DNA of 63,870 nucleotides, taken from positions 1 to 63,870 of the forward strand of contig KE561216.1 of NCBI GenBank assembly GCA_000442015.1, given 5' to 3'. Position 1 is the first letter of the stretch, and the number at the start of each line of letters is the position of its first letter. Below, one piece after another: positions 60,442 through 63,870 of the stretch. Below the pieces are notes generated by a model. That model searched no databases, was not told the DNA's origin, and saw only the letters and a list, made by a program, of their open reading frames with translations. Source of the stretch: Rozella allomycis CSF55. Its lineage: Eukaryota. The position numbers and the translations under genes were made by a program.

Positions 60442-63400
60442 ATGAAATATTTTGTTCTTTGGACTACCTGTGCTTACTTCTTTAGTGCGTTTGCACTCTG
60501 TGAAGATTTAAGAAAGTACGAAACACTCAAGGACCGCCTTGCTGACGAGATCTCAAAAGGAAAAATTGAATATCTCCCATTTTATGACGAGCCTCTTTTT
60601 ACTCCTGTTGATGGTCTCACTGACTTTTTCAAGCTACTTGTTCGGGACAACGAAGTTGAGTTGGTGAAAGGGATTACTGAACATGCATATGACCTTCTTT
60701 TCTCTTGGAATCATGCAAGCGAATCGATATTTACTTTTGCCCTTAAAGAAAAGAGATTTGAAATCTTTAAAATTCTTGTTAATGCTGTTAAGAAAGAACA
60801 TATGAAATTCATAGATGTTAAAGTGACCACCACGGATTCTTTGATAGCCACAGCTGTTGCCTTGAAAAAATTTGAATATCTTGATTATTTGGTCTCAAAT
60901 AAGTTTTTTAATATCGCCGATATTGAAGCCGCGTTGGATGTTGTTGATGTTAATCAATCAGTTTCTCTTATTGCCGAGCTTTTCGGCTATGAAATTGTGG
61001 AAAATAACGATTCCAGTGAAACCAATATAGCTAATATAAGAGAAGCTATAACTAGCGGTCATCAAATTTATTCTCGGCTCAGAAAACACACTGATAGTCT
61101 ACCAAATATGTTGAAGCCGAAAGCGCAACAAGTTAGAACGATCGATGGACCTCCTGCTGTGAACAAATATAGATCTCTTGCTCCTTTGAAGACTTATGAA
61201 CATTCCATGCATGATCTTGTTGATATAAGCAAACTTTCTGTGTATACGGCATGGAAAACGGTACTTGAAGTAGTAAAAAATATGATCACGCCCTCTCAAC
61301 TGCTCACTGGAACAACAGCTGATAATTTGAATACTTATGTTATGAATATATCTCGCGATAACAAGATTCTTGCCAATGCAATCTTTTATGCCTTGTTTGG
61401 TCCCGGATCAAGCCTATTAGGACTCGATAACGAATTCCAAAAAATTTATCGTGTTTTTAAGAACCATTTTACTAATATATCGGCGAAACATCTCCTATTG
61501 TTACTGACTCATAATGGTTGTCACAATTTGATTGCTAGTTTTCAACTAAAAGTAATCGAATTATTACTTTGTGATTTTCCTGATTCTCATTACATATTGG
61601 CACAGCACATTACAGATACATGGGAAAAATATAGTAAGGAGCGACTGTTGCCATATTTGGCCTTGCTCCAACGTCATCTTGATATTAATGATTCCAAAGT
61701 GAAACATGTATCAAGGAAACTAATAGCGTATCTTTTCAGTAAAGAGAGGTTTGATTTACTACACATAATAATGTCAAGTGAGTATGCACCCTTGGACCTT
61801 CCTTTAACGAATTACTTTAATGTTGCTCAACAGTTAATAGTATCCGCCGAAGCGAAAGATATAATTTTCGAATTATATAAAATAGACACTATCAAGGAAA
61901 ATTTTAAAAGGGCGGTATTTGGCAATCTAAATTTAAGTAGTGATAAATTAAGAAGCACCTTATGCAATGGCAAGGTTGACCTCGAAGTTATCACATTGTT
62001 CATTGCATTAGTTCCTGAGGAACTGGAAAGATTAAATAGCAGTGGTGAAACAATAGAAAACACATGTGAGACCAACCGTATTATATTTAAATATTTTGTC
62101 GACGAAAAGAAAAGGCGTGGAATAAAACCGATTCCACAAAGATACGAGGATCGAAATGGTTATATTACTCTTATGATGCCATATACAGGAACTCCATTGA
62201 ATCAAATTGACGACAAAGAATTCTATTTCCCAACCTATAATTATGAAAAGTATGTTAGACTCGAAAGTGGACAAGTTGTTGAACATTTACCATATTTAAT
62301 TGAACAAAGGCAAGAAGATCTAATCAGGTATTATATAAGAGTTATATCTGATGATTCTCTTTTGGATCCAAGAAGATCTTATCTTTCTGATGCTGTTATA
62401 AATGGTGATTTGAATTTGGTTAAATTATTGGTTGGCTCGAATAATGATGAAAGATACTTCTCCTTCTTTTTATCTTCTAAAGAGTTACCAAATCATTTAG
62501 TTTATCAAATTATTGAATTGAGGCGAATTGAAATACTCAATTATTTAATGGACATGGGTGTTATTAAAGAAGAAACTCTATTCGCATGTTTACAAACATT
62601 TAAAGATCGTCAAAAGGTTGTTGAATTCTTAAAGGAAGTTCAAAGTGTTGCTTCTCCCTTTTTGGAATATGTTTCTGCTGTTCAAAGTGAAGTGTCTTTT
62701 GACAAAATGAGCACCGTTTTATTGGATTCATTGAATTCTAAAAAGCTATTGTTGCCTCTTAAACCTAAACTTCTGCCTCAATTATTTTTCTCCAATGATA
62801 AAAATGAAAATTCTATCAAATCAGTTCTTGATCCGCTTTTCAATAAAAGAAAAAATAGAATGGTAATGGTAAAAGAAATCCTCGGAGAAAACCCCGAAAT
62901 ATTTTACACTGAAGCTATCTTTTTTCATATGGTTAAGAAAGACATTCAATTGTTAAAATTTGTTCTTGAAAATACAAAAGAGTTTCACGTCTATTTACAA
63001 AATCTCTACCTTGAAGATTCCAATACAAAGCAATCATATTTCGAAAAAGTGCTAAGCATAAATCCTCATTTGATATCTATTCTTGTTAACTCTGGTGCCT
63101 TTCCACTTTCCTTTCGTTTGAATAGCTCATTTAACGTTGCTCAAAGAATATTGGTCTCTGATGTTTACAATTCGCTTCGCAACTATAATCAAGATGAAGT
63201 TAGGGAAGCATTGACTCAAGTTAGTCTTGGAATGAACTTTTCTCTTAAAATGTACTTCGAAGCTGCTAGAGAAATTTATGATGAAGACTTTGTGAAATAT
63301 TTGGTTAACCTTGAAAGGACAAGCGTTTTACGTAAAGATTATTACGGTGATGATATCTTTGCCTACTGTGAAAAGAATTCTTTTGTCAGAAAACAAACTG

Positions 63401-63477
63401 TTGACTTTATGACCAAAATGATGAAAAGGTATTTTAAGGTAGTTCATGCCAACTTAAGCTGGGAAAAACTCTACTAA
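60442..63477 (+). CDS. Large secreted protein with degenerate ankyrin-like repeats and an internal duplication
   Basis: Signal peptide MKYFVLWTTCAYFFSAFALC; ALKEKRFEIFKILV, AVINGDLNLVKLLV; two halves share FNVAQ..(I/L)VS. Confidence 0.75.
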   Translation: MKYFVLWTTCAYFFSAFALCEDLRKYETLKDRLADEISKGKIEYLPFYDEPLFTPVDGLTDFFKLLVRDNEVELVKGITEHAYDLLFSWNHASESIFTFALKEKRFEIFKILVNAVKKEHMKFIDVKVTTTDSLIATAVALKKFEYLDYLVSNKFFNIADIEAALDVVDVNQSVSLIAELFGYEIVENNDSSETNIANIREAITSGHQIYSRLRKHTDSLPNMLKPKAQQVRTIDGPPAVNKYRSLAPLKTYEHSMHDLVDISKLSVYTAWKTVLEVVKNMITPSQLLTGTTADNLNTYVMNISRDNKILANAIFYALFGPGSSLLGLDNEFQKIYRVFKNHFTNISAKHLLLLLTHNGCHNLIASFQLKVIELLLCDFPDSHYILAQHITDTWEKYSKERLLPYLALLQRHLDINDSKVKHVSRKLIAYLFSKERFDLLHIIMSSEYAPLDLPLTNYFNVAQQLIVSAEAKDIIFELYKIDTIKENFKRAVFGNLNLSSDKLRSTLCNGKVDLEVITLFIALVPEELERLNSSGETIENTCETNRIIFKYFVDEKKRRGIKPIPQRYEDRNGYITLMMPYTGTPLNQIDDKEFYFPTYNYEKYVRLESGQVVEHLPYLIEQRQEDLIRYYIRVISDDSLLDPRRSYLSDAVINGDLNLVKLLVGSNNDERYFSFFLSSKELPNHLVYQIIELRRIEILNYLMDMGVIKEETLFACLQTFKDRQKVVEFLKEVQSVASPFLEYVSAVQSEVSFDKMSTVLLDSLNSKKLLLPLKPKLLPQLFFSNDKNENSIKSVLDPLFNKRKNRMVMVKEILGENPEIFYTEAIFFHMVKKDIQLLKFVLENTKEFHVYLQNLYLEDSNTKQSYFEKVLSINPHLISILVNSGAFPLSFRLNSSFNVAQRILVSDVYNSLRNYNQDEVREALTQVSLGMNFSLKMYFEAAREIYDEDFVKYLVNLERTSVLRKDYYGDDIFAYCEKNSFVRKQTVDFMTKMMKRYFKVVHANLSWEKLY

Positions 63478-63870
63478 ATTGAAGAAATCAACTAATAAAC
63501 TAACTTTAAACTTATAAGTTTTCTAAAAGTACTATGGATAAAATGCGGGCATTATACAGAAGGAATCAGGTAATGGAATGAATATTAGCCGCTAGCTTGA
63601 TAAATAAGGAGTGTCCCCATCTTAGATAGTAGATACCAATCATCGATGAGTGACGAGTACACATATCAATTTTGTAACAGTCTTGTAAATACGTACCCTA
63701 TTTCTTGTCTTAATTCCTATACTGTAAATTGCAATTTGCAACTCTTGTGTACAGCGGAATCTTTTTCACCAACTTCATTTTTGTGGTTCGTGATATTTTT
63801 TTTTAAATAATTTTTTTTAAATATATCAACATTTTTTATCGGACGGGGAGTTTACGACCCGGACTTCAGA

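Noticed and set aside
63480..63870. Possible RNA gene or element end in the terminal non-coding DNA
   Set aside because: No tRNA, rRNA or terminal-repeat structure could be supported by eye.

Overview
AT-rich, very gene-dense eukaryotic DNA with tiny spliceosomal introns (mostly ~24-33 nt) and intergenic gaps often under 100 bp. It carries fungal/opisthokont housekeeping genes (PDK1/Pkh, RSM22, ATP4, IWS1, ARP3, CARM1, DPH4, FBXO9, SGF11, CBF5, LRG1-type RhoGAP, POL1), flagellum-associated genes (DRC3, EFCAB10) and the minor-spliceosome protein SNRNP35. This fits an early-diverging zoosporic fungus or relative, most plausibly Rozella/Cryptomycota (inference). Blocks of intronless accessory genes are interspersed: secreted minimal kinases, a bacterial-type AAA-ATPase/PD-(D/E)xK gene, ankyrin and REase fragments, and three ~1000-aa secreted proteins. 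Three observations stand out. (1) Two tandem secreted paralogues end in a RelE-like domain that retains the catalytic residue pattern. (2) Three long introns are chains of 3-5 abutting 27-32-nt GT..AG mini-introns with zero-length exons, suggesting recursive splicing. (3) Five introns in conserved genes appear to use a non-canonical GT-TG acceptor. Single 'n' bases flanked by duplicated sequence mark draft-assembly joins. All gene models were read by eye and some ends are approximate.
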